Of a stretch of 64,000 nt of DNA, positions 47,615 to 57,685 are shown piece after piece. The stretch is from a virus. A model generated the notes under the pieces. That model was not told the DNA's origin and did no database searches. It saw only the letters and a program-made list of their open reading frames with translations. The stretch covers positions 1-64,000 of IMG/VR virus record IMGVR_UViG_3300044535_002275, one strand, 5' to 3'. The position numbers were made by a program, and so were the translations under genes. Within the stretch, counting starts at the first letter, position 1. The number at the start of each line of letters is the position of its first letter.

Positions 47615-47945
47615 AATTTTTGAGGAATTTTGGGCGAATTATTCATGGCCAGAATCTGTGCCTGTGTTTTATCGTTTGTACTATAATGAATTGGGAGAAC
47701 CAGTAGTTTATAGCATGGAAGACCGACCTGGTAAGTATATTGAAATCACCGCCGAACAATTTGCCGCCAGTGACCCGCATGTGCGTGTTCGAAACGGCAA
47801 ACTCATTCAATTGCAATTTGCAAGAACAACTAAACTGGTACCTTCTGACACAGGTACTCCTTGCGATCCCGCTAACATAGCGATAGTAGTTGACGAAAAC
47901 CAAATTTTTCAAAGATGGAAATTAACTCATTATGAAAACAGTTGA
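47601..47945 (+). CDS. Hypothetical protein
   Basis: ATG 47601 after GGAGA; overlaps both neighbours in operon fashion. Confidence 0.65.
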   Translation: MNNNEIFEEFWANYSWPESVPVFYRLYYNELGEPVVYSMEDRPGKYIEITAEQFAASDPHVRVRNGKLIQLQFARTTKLVPSDTGTPCDPANIAIVVDENQIFQRWKLTHYENS

Positions 47946-48858
47946 CATAGCAGACTTGGATGTAATTTATCTCAGTTATGATGAACCGCAGAAAGAAGAA
48001 TTTTGGGTAAAAATAAAAAATCAAATCCCATGGGCGCAACGTGTAGACGGGGTTAAAGGGTCCGATGCGGCACACAAAGCCGCCGCTGAAGTCAGCACAA
48101 CTGACCGCTTTGTTCTCATCGACGGCGACAACATGCCAGACTGGGAATTTTTTAATTTAACCTTGTCATACCCTACAGCAGAATACGAAAAGGCAGTGTA
48201 CCGCTGGCGTGCTCGCAACCACATCAACGGTCTCATGTACGGCAACGGTGGCATTAGTTCTTGGACTCGAGACTTTGTGCTCAACATGAAAACTCACGAG
48301 AACACCGACGGCCGTGATGAAACTGTAGTTGAATTTTGTTTTGATCCTGCATATTGGCCCATGCACGACTGCTACTCAACCACACATCCCAACGGCAGTC
48401 CCAAGCATGCTTGGCGTGCAGGGTTTAGAGAAGGTGTTAAAATGTGTCTTGACAAGGGTCGTCGCCCAACTCTGTCTGAGTTCAAAGCCCGAGTGCATCG
48501 TCGCAATCTTGATCATCTAACTGTTTGGCATAATGTAGGAGTAGATGTCCAGCAAGGGGGCTGGGCCATTGCGGGTGCTAGGATGGGTACTTATAAGACC
48601 ATGTTAAGTGATTGGGATTACAGGGAAGTGCAGTGGTTTGATGCCTTAGAAGCTTTATGGGAAGATACCAAGGGCAGAGATCCATTTGACATCATTATGG
48701 CATACCAGGATCCATTACGTACCCAATTAGATCTTCCTATGTGTATTCACGGTCCTGAAATAAGCAAATTTTTTAAGCATCATTATCGCAGCAACTGGCA
48801 CAATCAGGGTGTCATGGTCAGAGAAATTGATGTGATTCGGAGACAAGAAGGATGGTAA
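47932..48858 (+). CDS. Glycosyltransferase-like (GT-A, family 2-like) protein
   Basis: D.IYLSYDEP, RVDGVKGSDAAHKAAA, FVLIDGDN (DxD), NGLMYGNGG and AWRAGFREGVKM. Confidence 0.65.
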   Translation: MKTVDIADLDVIYLSYDEPQKEEFWVKIKNQIPWAQRVDGVKGSDAAHKAAAEVSTTDRFVLIDGDNMPDWEFFNLTLSYPTAEYEKAVYRWRARNHINGLMYGNGGISSWTRDFVLNMKTHENTDGRDETVVEFCFDPAYWPMHDCYSTTHPNGSPKHAWRAGFREGVKMCLDKGRRPTLSEFKARVHRRNLDHLTVWHNVGVDVQQGGWAIAGARMGTYKTMLSDWDYREVQWFDALEALWEDTKGRDPFDIIMAYQDPLRTQLDLPMCIHGPEISKFFKHHYRSNWHNQGVMVREIDVIRRQEGW

Positions 48859-50255
48859 ACAACAAAGGCGACGAATCAATTGACAACAAGAGTCGATTCA
48901 TGAGCTCAGCTGAGCAAATGAAGCAAGATTTAGGTCCTGCATTATGTTTAGCCAAATGGAAACAAGTCAGTTTGCACTTGCCTACAGGACTCAATAACTC
49001 GTGTTATCATCCGCCTTTGCATGCAATTGATGCCACACTATTGGCTGACAATCCTGGTGCATTACATAACACGCCATTCAAGAAAGAACAGCGTAAAATC
49101 ATGTTACGTCAAGAAAAGCCCGCGGAGTGTAGCTACTGTTGGAACATCGAAGCACACGACCAACTAAGTGATCGTCACTATCGATCTGGCGAGCCCTGGG
49201 CAGCTGATGCATTGAATTTTGTTAAAAACTCAACCGGAGATGAAGATGTCGTTCCTAGTTATGTGGAGGTTAATTTTAACCACGCTTGTAATCTTGCTTG
49301 TAGCTATTGCAGTCCTCAATTTAGTTCCACATGGGAGCAAGAAATTAACCGCATGGGCGGATACCCTACAAGTCGTATTCACAACGATCCTAGTCACTTC
49401 ACTGGCCGTAACCGGCCTATTCCTGCTAGGGACAGCAATCCTTATGTAGAAGCATTTTGGCGATGGTGGCCAACATTGTATCCACAACTGAAACATTTTC
49501 GTATGACCGGCGGCGAGCCGCTTATGGACAAAAACACCTATCGGGTATTTGACTATGTGCTGGCCTTGCCCAATCCTGATCTGCATTTGAATGTGACCAG
49601 CAACTTTAGTGTAGACACTGGCTTGTTCGAAAAGTACATTGGTTATGTAAAACAATTGTGCAACACACAAATCGAACACTTCATGCAGTATGTCAGTCTT
49701 GATTCAGGCATAGCTCGACACGCCGAATATATCAGACACGGTATGAACCACGATCGAGTAATGTCGTATTCACATCATTTTCTAGCCGAAATTCCTTATC
49801 GCAACAGTCTCACATTTATCATCACAATGAATAATCTCGGTGTGTTGGGTTTACGGAAACTTTTGCAAGACATATTGGACATGCGACAATCCTACAGCAC
49901 AACATATCAACGTGTATGGTTTGATACACCGTTGCTGCGACAACCAGCCTGGCAAAGCCTGCAAATTTTGCCACCATCGTACGCTGATATCTTAGATCGC
50001 ACAGCTGACTGGATGGAATCAAATCTAGAAACTGCCGAAGATCCTTTTCATGGCTTCAAAGATTACGAAGTTCAACGGCTACGTAGAGACATTGCCTGGA
50101 TGCGAGAAGGGACTGAAAAGACGGACGAGAAGAAAGCTGATTTTTACAGATTTTTCAACGAACACGACCGTCGGCGCGGCACTGATTTTTTGCGATCATT
50201 TCCTGAAATGACCAATTGGTGGAAGGAGTGCGAAGCGCATGCTAGAAAATCGTAA
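48852..50255 (+). CDS. Radical SAM enzyme with N-terminal twitch-like domain (#1)
   Basis: N-terminal CLAKW...SCYHP...CSYCW; CNLACSYC; TGGEPLM. Confidence 0.9.
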   Translation: MVNNKGDESIDNKSRFMSSAEQMKQDLGPALCLAKWKQVSLHLPTGLNNSCYHPPLHAIDATLLADNPGALHNTPFKKEQRKIMLRQEKPAECSYCWNIEAHDQLSDRHYRSGEPWAADALNFVKNSTGDEDVVPSYVEVNFNHACNLACSYCSPQFSSTWEQEINRMGGYPTSRIHNDPSHFTGRNRPIPARDSNPYVEAFWRWWPTLYPQLKHFRMTGGEPLMDKNTYRVFDYVLALPNPDLHLNVTSNFSVDTGLFEKYIGYVKQLCNTQIEHFMQYVSLDSGIARHAEYIRHGMNHDRVMSYSHHFLAEIPYRNSLTFIITMNNLGVLGLRKLLQDILDMRQSYSTTYQRVWFDTPLLRQPAWQSLQILPPSYADILDRTADWMESNLETAEDPFHGFKDYEVQRLRRDIAWMREGTEKTDEKKADFYRFFNEHDRRRGTDFLRSFPEMTNWWKECEAHARKS

Positions 50256-51375
50256 CCTGGTCGTTGATACTTTTAGCGAAGTATACAATTTAATGAAACC
50301 ATGGATGACGCATGATTTTTGGGATTTTGCAAATCACGAAATTATTGGCAATTCCGTTTATATCATTAGCAGAAAACAATTTTTTGAATATCCGGAAAAA
50401 ATTCGAACTCTATTAGAGCGCGACGATCTTATTGTATTTTTTGATAATGCAGCAGAAGGATCTTGGACATTGATCAGTCAGCTACAAGCATTAGGGCTTA
50501 AAGAGTTAGCACTAAACAAAAAATTATTCTTAATCGGCGGCGGAGATATTGAGTCATCGTATGTGCATGTGCAATTTGAGCATTTTTTATCTAGTATTTT
50601 ACGCTACGAAGAAAATAGTCAAGCAACCAAACATATTGATAATATTTTTAAAAAAACTGACAAACCTTACAAATTTTTATTTCTAAACGGTCGAGCAAGA
50701 CCACATCGAAAATATCTCTTCGAACGATTCAAAGAAGAAGAATTATTAGATTGTGCAATTTGGACAATGCTAGACAGTCGTCCCAGTATTAGTCGCTCTT
50801 TTAAATTAGAAAAAGATGGCATTAATTTAATGGCCACAGTTTCTCCTCTAAAATGGTTACCTGAAGAATACGAATATCAAACATATAGAGGAAATGAAAT
50901 AGTGCCGGGTCCTCCTGAGCGTACATTTATCAAACACGAATTGTTTAAAAACGAATGGGGCGAAATCTATCTAGAACCAGCTCCTTACATCGACACTTAC
51001 TTTAGTTTAGTTACAGAAACAGTGTTTGAGTATCCGTACAGTTTTAGGACAGAAAAAATAGCTAAACCATTGGCAATAGGACATCCTTTTATTGTTGCTG
51101 CCAACACAGGATTTTATCGAGACCTGCGTAATTTGGGGTTCCGAACATTCGATAATGTCATTGACGAAAGTTTTGATACTATTGAAAATCACCAAGACCG
51201 AATGAATCGAATCTTTGAAATTGTTAAAGATCTGTGCCGACAAGATTTGCAATCTTTCCTAGCAGAGTGTTTTAATATTTGTAAATACAATCAACAGCAT
51301 CTAATTGAACTAATCCCGCAACTTCAGCAGCAATTCCCAGAAAAATTTTTTAAGACGATAAACCAACATGGATGA
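50239..51375 (+). CDS. Putative glycosyltransferase ('TEK' family, GT10/GT-B-like C-terminus) #1
   Basis: FLFLN.R.R.HR...FSLVTET......FRTEKIAKPL..GHPFIV......LR.LGFRTF...IDESFD. Confidence 0.5.
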   Translation: MLENRNLVVDTFSEVYNLMKPWMTHDFWDFANHEIIGNSVYIISRKQFFEYPEKIRTLLERDDLIVFFDNAAEGSWTLISQLQALGLKELALNKKLFLIGGGDIESSYVHVQFEHFLSSILRYEENSQATKHIDNIFKKTDKPYKFLFLNGRARPHRKYLFERFKEEELLDCAIWTMLDSRPSISRSFKLEKDGINLMATVSPLKWLPEEYEYQTYRGNEIVPGPPERTFIKHELFKNEWGEIYLEPAPYIDTYFSLVTETVFEYPYSFRTEKIAKPLAIGHPFIVAANTGFYRDLRNLGFRTFDNVIDESFDTIENHQDRMNRIFEIVKDLCRQDLQSFLAECFNICKYNQQHLIELIPQLQQQFPEKFFKTINQHG

Positions 51376-52696
51376 TTTAACATTCCGCAAGCAAGTACTT
51401 GATCCGCTAAGTTCTAGTTTTTGTGGAGCCAAGTGGTACAATGCTACAATCTGGCTAGGATCCGGCATGACCACTAGTTGTCACCATCCGCCGGCGCATA
51501 AAGTCGGTGTGGAAGCAGTGACAGCCAATCCCCGGGCTCTGCACAACACTCCTGAGAAAAAAAGAGATCGGGCGCAGATGATTGCGGGAGAACGTCCGCC
51601 TGGCTGCGAATACTGTTGGAAGATTGAAGACATCGGACGTGACAACATCAGCGACCGTGTTTATAAAAGCAAAATATATCCCATAGCAGAATTAAAAGCT
51701 GCTGCAGCAATGCCAGTGGATCAAGATGTCAATCTTAAAACGCTGGAAATTGCGTTTGATCGCACTTGTCAGTTTGCTTGTAGTTACTGTAATCCTGCAT
51801 TCAGCAGCACCTGGGTCAATGATATCAAAAAGCACGGAGCATACATCAATTTGGTAAGCGACGGTCGCAATCACTTTACTCACACGCACGAGTCTGCACA
51901 GTTATATCGATTTGGCGAAACAAATCCTTATGTGGAAGCATTTTTTCGTTGGTGGGAAACTGACTTACATCGTACACTAGACGAGTTACGAATTACCGGC
52001 GGCGAGCCGTTGATGTCAGGATATACCTGGCGTCTAATTGATTGGTTCAAAGACAATCGCGGAGCAAGTGCAACCCGATTGGCCATCAATAGTAACCTAG
52101 GTGTTGATATTGACCTGGATAGATTTATCAACAGTGTCGACGGACTAGCAGTAGATGTGTACACCAGCAACGAGTGTTACGGCAACCATGCAGAATATAT
52201 AAGAGACGGTCTTGATTACCCTGCCTGGTGCGACAATGTAATCAAGTTGTTAGAAAGTTCTGTTCGAGCAGTGCATGTCATGTGCACCATCAATGCTTTG
52301 TGCTTGGAAACCTTACCAGAGTTTTTATCATCTCTGGTAGCATTAAAAAATATCTATGGACGTGAACGAGTTAATTTTACCTTAAATATTTTACGATTTC
52401 CTAGCTTCCAGAGTCCCCTAATTTTGCCCGACGAAATCAAAACACGTTACCGTAAAAACCTAGAAGCATGGCTAGATTACAATGCAGACAATCCTGTCAT
52501 GCAGGAACACGAACTAAATCATTTGCAGCGTTTAATTGACTACTTAGACACAGTCAAAACACCACACAGAGAAACGTTTGATATGCCTAAGCTATTGAAT
52601 GATTTCAAACAATTTTATGCACAATACGATCAGCGTAGAAACAAAGACTTTACAACGACGTTCCCTAAACTAAAAGAATGGTACAATTCACTATGA
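51368..52696 (+). CDS. Radical SAM enzyme with N-terminal twitch-like domain (#2)
   Basis: FCGAKW...SCHHP...CEYCW; CQFACSYC; TGGEPLM; close paralogue of #1. Confidence 0.9.
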   Translation: MDDLTFRKQVLDPLSSSFCGAKWYNATIWLGSGMTTSCHHPPAHKVGVEAVTANPRALHNTPEKKRDRAQMIAGERPPGCEYCWKIEDIGRDNISDRVYKSKIYPIAELKAAAAMPVDQDVNLKTLEIAFDRTCQFACSYCNPAFSSTWVNDIKKHGAYINLVSDGRNHFTHTHESAQLYRFGETNPYVEAFFRWWETDLHRTLDELRITGGEPLMSGYTWRLIDWFKDNRGASATRLAINSNLGVDIDLDRFINSVDGLAVDVYTSNECYGNHAEYIRDGLDYPAWCDNVIKLLESSVRAVHVMCTINALCLETLPEFLSSLVALKNIYGRERVNFTLNILRFPSFQSPLILPDEIKTRYRKNLEAWLDYNADNPVMQEHELNHLQRLIDYLDTVKTPHRETFDMPKLLNDFKQFYAQYDQRRNKDFTTTFPKLKEWYNSL

Positions 52697-54015
52697 GCAA
52701 ACTTAGTAATTACAACTGGAAGGATCGCATACCTAATTATATAAAAATTGATTCACTAAATGAAGATCAACGACACAAATTAATCGATAGCGACACATTC
52801 TGCATGCTTCCGTGGATACATTTACATGCATGGCCGGATGGGCGTGCTTATCCTTGCTGTCTGGGCCAGGCTAAACATCCAGTAGGAAATTTCAAAGAAA
52901 AAAGCATGAGAGAGATATGGAACGACGAACCCATGAAAGAAATGCGTCGCAACATGCTAGCAGATAAGCCTTGCAAACAATGCGGAGATTGTTATGAGCA
53001 AGAAGCTGCTGGATTTTCGAGTATGAGAAATAACAGTAATAAAAGCTTTGGACACTACATTGACGAAATCGATCAGACATTACCAGACGGCAGTTTACCT
53101 GATATGAAATTGCACTATTGGGACGTGAGATTCAGCAACATTTGCAATCTTAAGTGTCGCAGTTGTGGTAGTATTTTTAGCAGCAGATGGTATGATGATG
53201 ATGTTAAACTTTGGGGCAAGCCTTTGCGTCCGCGAGTACAATTTGCAGGGCGGCACGAAGAAGATGTTTGGGAACAAATGCAAGAGCACATTCCGCACTT
53301 AGAACAAATTTATTTTGCTGGTGGCGAACCGTTGATAATGGAAGAACATAATCGCATACTTAAACTGCTGATCGAAAAAGGCAACACACGAGTAAGATTA
53401 ATCTATAACACAAATCTTACAGAATTGAAATTCAAAAAAGAAAGCGTTTTAGAACTATGGAAACATTTTCCTTCGGTATGTGTAGCTGCTAGTCTTGATG
53501 ATATGGGCGATCGAGCTGCTGTAATCAGATCTGGTACCGACTGGACACAGGTAGAACAAAACATACGTGATCTCAAAAGAGAATGTCCACATATCGATTT
53601 TATGATTAGTCCTACATTGAGTATGATGAACATATGGAATTTTGTCAACTTTCATCGATATATGATCGAAGGAGGGTTTATTGAACCCAAGGATTTTAAT
53701 CTAAATATTCTTCAAGGTCCCGATGACTACAGAATCGACGTATTGCCAATGGAGATAAAATTACAATTTAAGCAACAGTTTGAAGAACATATTGAATGGT
53801 TACGTCCTCAAGATCCTATAGAACGTGCAGTAGGCGGATTCGAAGGCGCAATAAAATTTATGATGGCTACTGACAACACACACCTGTTGCCTAAATTCTG
53901 GAAAACAGTTAATGACCTTGACTGGAGTCGCAGCGAAAGTTTGTTGTCGGTTGTACCAGAATTATCTGCTATAATTGAACATAGACCGATCGATACAAGG
54001 GTTCCGATAAAATGA
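52678..54015 (+). CDS. Radical SAM enzyme with N-terminal twitch-like domain (#3)
   Basis: FCMLPWIH...YPCC...CGDC; CNLKCRSC; AGGEPL. True start may be ATG 52693. Confidence 0.9.
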   Translation: MVQFTMSKLSNYNWKDRIPNYIKIDSLNEDQRHKLIDSDTFCMLPWIHLHAWPDGRAYPCCLGQAKHPVGNFKEKSMREIWNDEPMKEMRRNMLADKPCKQCGDCYEQEAAGFSSMRNNSNKSFGHYIDEIDQTLPDGSLPDMKLHYWDVRFSNICNLKCRSCGSIFSSRWYDDDVKLWGKPLRPRVQFAGRHEEDVWEQMQEHIPHLEQIYFAGGEPLIMEEHNRILKLLIEKGNTRVRLIYNTNLTELKFKKESVLELWKHFPSVCVAASLDDMGDRAAVIRSGTDWTQVEQNIRDLKRECPHIDFMISPTLSMMNIWNFVNFHRYMIEGGFIEPKDFNLNILQGPDDYRIDVLPMEIKLQFKQQFEEHIEWLRPQDPIERAVGGFEGAIKFMMATDNTHLLPKFWKTVNDLDWSRSESLLSVVPELSAIIEHRPIDTRVPIK

Positions 54016-55223
54016 AATTACCTACAGATAAATTCTGCGTACTACCATGGATCAGCTTAGAAGCCAGTCCGATAGGTACAGTGCGTCCTTGCTGTTTAGC
54101 CGACGACGAAATCGTTGACAATGCCGGTAACAAATTTGAATTGGCCACAGCTAATTTTATAGATATACAGAACAGTAATCACATGCGTCAATTGCGGGAA
54201 CAATTTTTAGACGGACAAAAACCACAAACTTGTCGCAAGTGTTGGAATGAAGAACGATCAGGTCGTACTAGTAAACGTATGCATACACTGGATAGACTTA
54301 AACACATGTTGCCAGACCAGGATTGGACAACTGATGCCAAGTCGCTTATGTTTTTAGATTTAAAATTGGGTAACATTTGCAATTTAAAATGTCGTATCTG
54401 CGGTTCTTGGAGTAGTAGTCAATTTGCTGCTGAAGAACTAGGTCACATGAATCCAGCAGAAGATAAAAAGAAAACATTTGCTTATCAAATGCTAAAGGCA
54501 GGAGCATGGCCTAGAGAAAATCAACAGTTTTGGAATCAACTGGATTCTGTTGTTGACCAGATTCGATATATTGAATTCACTGGCGGCGAGCCATTTATGA
54601 TACAAGAACATTTTCAGTTACTGGAACGTTTAGTTGATCGCGGCATCGCTGGACAAGTTGAAATTCACTACAACACCAACGGCACACAGTTCCCAGAACA
54701 AGCTGAAAACATTTGGCAGCATTTTAAAACAGTAGAAATCGCTTTCAGCATCGACGATCTAGGCGATAGATTTGAATATCAACGAACCAATGCTGTATGG
54801 TCGGAAGTTGAGCACAACATTGCTAAATTCGATGCTATGCGTTTCCGTAATTCCAACATACAGTTACAGGCATGCATCACAGTCAATATATTCAACATTT
54901 ATTATATTGCCGAAGTAGCCAAGTGGGCTGCAAAACAAAATTTTAATTTCGTTTACTGGAACATGATGCATGACGCTTGGTATTTTAGCATTGCTACCTT
55001 GCCCGAATCGGCAAAATCTGCTATTACTCAACATCTCAGTCAACAAGATGTTCCAATACAATACCGAGCAGAATTTGAGAGAATTTGCGATTTTATGAAT
55101 CGAGGAGCTTCAACCGACGGATCAATACTACGAATGAAGATACGTGATCTAGATCATAAACGTAATCAAGATCTAAGACAAGTAGCAGCTGAATTTGCTG
55201 AGTTAATTGATTACAAATTATAA
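54012..55223 (+). CDS. Radical SAM enzyme with N-terminal twitch-like domain (#4)
   Basis: FCVLPW...RPCC...CRKCW; CNLKCRIC; TGGEPF; YNTNG. Confidence 0.9.
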   Translation: MKLPTDKFCVLPWISLEASPIGTVRPCCLADDEIVDNAGNKFELATANFIDIQNSNHMRQLREQFLDGQKPQTCRKCWNEERSGRTSKRMHTLDRLKHMLPDQDWTTDAKSLMFLDLKLGNICNLKCRICGSWSSSQFAAEELGHMNPAEDKKKTFAYQMLKAGAWPRENQQFWNQLDSVVDQIRYIEFTGGEPFMIQEHFQLLERLVDRGIAGQVEIHYNTNGTQFPEQAENIWQHFKTVEIAFSIDDLGDRFEYQRTNAVWSEVEHNIAKFDAMRFRNSNIQLQACITVNIFNIYYIAEVAKWAAKQNFNFVYWNMMHDAWYFSIATLPESAKSAITQHLSQQDVPIQYRAEFERICDFMNRGASTDGSILRMKIRDLDHKRNQDLRQVAAEFAELIDYKL

Positions 55224-55226
55224 TAC

Positions 55227-56525
55227 ATGCAAAAACCAGAAACACTATGTATGGCACCGTGGACTCATACGTATCTAAGTCCGCAAACCGAAAGACGTAT
55301 GTGCTGTGCCAGCAGAGAGCCTGCTCAAAATTTTCAACAGTACATTGATACAAGTGCAGGAACTGGACGTTATATTCCAATCACACTCGATCAGCACTGG
55401 AATAGCGAACACATGAAAAGTGTTCGTCGTAGAATGATGGCCGGAGAAATCTTGCCCGAGTGCGAAGTTTGTAACGATAAGCTGTTAAATACAGATGTCT
55501 ATAGAACTTATTTTTGGCATTTGTTTAAACACAAGTATCAAGACATATGGACTTCAACTGACGACACTGGTGCAACTACAATGAAACCAGTTAGTTGGGA
55601 CTATCGTTTTAGTAATTTATGCAATTTTAAATGTAGGACTTGTGGAGACATGTTGTCCAGTGCATGGGAAAGCGAGCAACGGCAAAATAATATGATCGAC
55701 TGGTCGAATCCTAAAAATAACTGGATGCTACCGGAAGTTAAACAAGAAATTACTGCTTTTCAAGATAGACAAATAGAAGCCGAATTTGCGCAAGCAGTGG
55801 CAGAACATAGAGTAGAAGAAGTTTATTGGGTCGGTGGAGAACCGCTCATGTACGAACAGCATTGGCGATACATGCGTCAGATTGTCGATCAAGGCGACGG
55901 AGGACTTGTTTATGCTAGGTATAATACTAATCTTAGCCGCGTACAGTATCGCGGTATTGATCTTTACAGCGACATACTTGATCGTATACGTGATTGGCAA
56001 ATCTGTGCCAGTATCGACGGTACAGGAGCCGTCGGAGAATACATTCGTACCGGATTATCATGGCCTGTATTTTTAGAAAATTTCAAACGAGGTGTTGATC
56101 ACATGCGTCATCCTCGTCAGATGAGATTAGATTTTACATTAACATTACCTGGATTATTTGAAGTATCTAATATGCAATCAGCTGCTGATCAATTGGGAGT
56201 AGGTATTTTGGCCAAGGTTATATTCAGCTTTAGTCCAGACATTATCATGAGTCCACTGGCATTACCTCGACACATATTAGATAGAAAAATCAATCAGCTG
56301 GTAAAACAATTGCCCGCAGGTGCCTTGCAAGATTTATTGTTACAGCTTAAATCCAGACCTACGTTCCAGGAACAGTGGCCCGATCAATGGCGCGATGGAT
56401 TGGTCAAAGGCAAACAAAGAGTATTAAAACTAGAACACATTAGAAAGGATCGTTATACGTTAGGAGATATTCTAAGTGAAGATTCCGAAATAAAACAATG
56501 GTGGGACGATGTCAAAACAAATTAA
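55227..56525 (+). CDS. Radical SAM enzyme with N-terminal twitch-like domain (#5)
   Basis: LCMAPWTH...MCC...CEVC; CNFKCRTC; VGGEPLM. Confidence 0.9.
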   Translation: MQKPETLCMAPWTHTYLSPQTERRMCCASREPAQNFQQYIDTSAGTGRYIPITLDQHWNSEHMKSVRRRMMAGEILPECEVCNDKLLNTDVYRTYFWHLFKHKYQDIWTSTDDTGATTMKPVSWDYRFSNLCNFKCRTCGDMLSSAWESEQRQNNMIDWSNPKNNWMLPEVKQEITAFQDRQIEAEFAQAVAEHRVEEVYWVGGEPLMYEQHWRYMRQIVDQGDGGLVYARYNTNLSRVQYRGIDLYSDILDRIRDWQICASIDGTGAVGEYIRTGLSWPVFLENFKRGVDHMRHPRQMRLDFTLTLPGLFEVSNMQSAADQLGVGILAKVIFSFSPDIIMSPLALPRHILDRKINQLVKQLPAGALQDLLLQLKSRPTFQEQWPDQWRDGLVKGKQRVLKLEHIRKDRYTLGDILSEDSEIKQWWDDVKTN

Positions 56526-57600
56526 AATGACGCTTGGGAATTATTTAACCGGAGATAAATTACCAGTTTATATCGATGTTTACCAAAATTCACTGAGTGA
56601 AAAATGGATGGCTTCGTTAAATCAATTATTGAAAAATAATTATCATCTTGAAAAAAATTATTGTTTTTTTGGATTTGTCGACAACGAACGTGACGGACCC
56701 TATATACTAGAACAGATTAATAAATCAATAGCAGCTATTAATGCGTCTAATTTAGACTACCACATTGACGATTATTTTTCTATGTCGAACACTATAGCAC
56801 CTGGTGAAATAGGTGATGGCAAACCAGGAAGAAAAATTATTCGTGACAAGTTTAACTGGCTGCATAGATATTTTGAAGATCTTCAAGGAGTAAGTGGTAA
56901 CTTATCGCCGCACTATATCAAAGCCGATGCAACAACACGATGGCATATTAGACAATTGAACTTGCTGTGCCACGAGTTTGAATCCTGGGCACTGAGCTAT
57001 CGAAAAGTTGCACACGCACCTGAATGGCAACGCATGAGTCAGTTGATGTGTTGGTTACATGCTCCGAGATTTGTGTTAGATAACGAAGATTATGACTTGT
57101 TTGGGATTGAAACAATCAATAGATCATTGGGTGGTGTATACATAGGAGTAAACAAAGCTGTAGGTAAACATCACTGGGAAGTATTTTGTGACGAAGGTAG
57201 AGATTCCAGATTAGAAGAATTAGTAACTACATCATTGAGACCTCAAACTGAAGCTGCTGGAGATTTTGATATCGAATGGTCCAACGATCCTGGAAAATAC
57301 CACTGGCAACAAAAAATGCTAGGAGATTTTAGAACATGGTTAGTCAACAACGGATTTGATCCAGACGACAAAATGCTAACGATCGGGCACCCGAAAATTG
57401 CACAAGTTAATTTGCAAAAATCTTTCGGCACAGAAAATTATCAACACATTTGGAATACGCTCTATAAATATCTCGACGTGTACAGCATCGAAACCGATTC
57501 GGAATCTGCAATGTATGATTATCATTGGTCAGATTCTGATTTTGTTGAACGGCAAATAGAAATAATATTCAAAGGAAAAGCAAATGAATTGGCTGCGTAA
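56509..57600 (+). CDS. Hypothetical protein
   Basis: 363 aa in the operon; FNWLHRYFE and LNLLCHEFE helices with His/Glu residues that could bind metal. Confidence 0.75.
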   Translation: MSKQIKMTLGNYLTGDKLPVYIDVYQNSLSEKWMASLNQLLKNNYHLEKNYCFFGFVDNERDGPYILEQINKSIAAINASNLDYHIDDYFSMSNTIAPGEIGDGKPGRKIIRDKFNWLHRYFEDLQGVSGNLSPHYIKADATTRWHIRQLNLLCHEFESWALSYRKVAHAPEWQRMSQLMCWLHAPRFVLDNEDYDLFGIETINRSLGGVYIGVNKAVGKHHWEVFCDEGRDSRLEELVTTSLRPQTEAAGDFDIEWSNDPGKYHWQQKMLGDFRTWLVNNGFDPDDKMLTIGHPKIAQVNLQKSFGTENYQHIWNTLYKYLDVYSIETDSESAMYDYHWSDSDFVERQIEIIFKGKANELAA

Positions 57601-57685
57601 AATCATTGACAAAATTAAATTAGAAATTCGATATAGAAAGAAACTCAAAGAACTACGCAAAAGAGATCCGTTTATCTACAAATGA
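57584..57685 (+). CDS. 33-aa basic micro-protein coupled to the carbamoyltransferase
   Basis: MNWLRKIIDKIKLEIRYRKKLKELRKRDPFIYK. AAGGA RBS; ATGA overlap with 57682; exactly fills the intergenic gap. Confidence 0.7.
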   Translation: MNWLRKIIDKIKLEIRYRKKLKELRKRDPFIYK

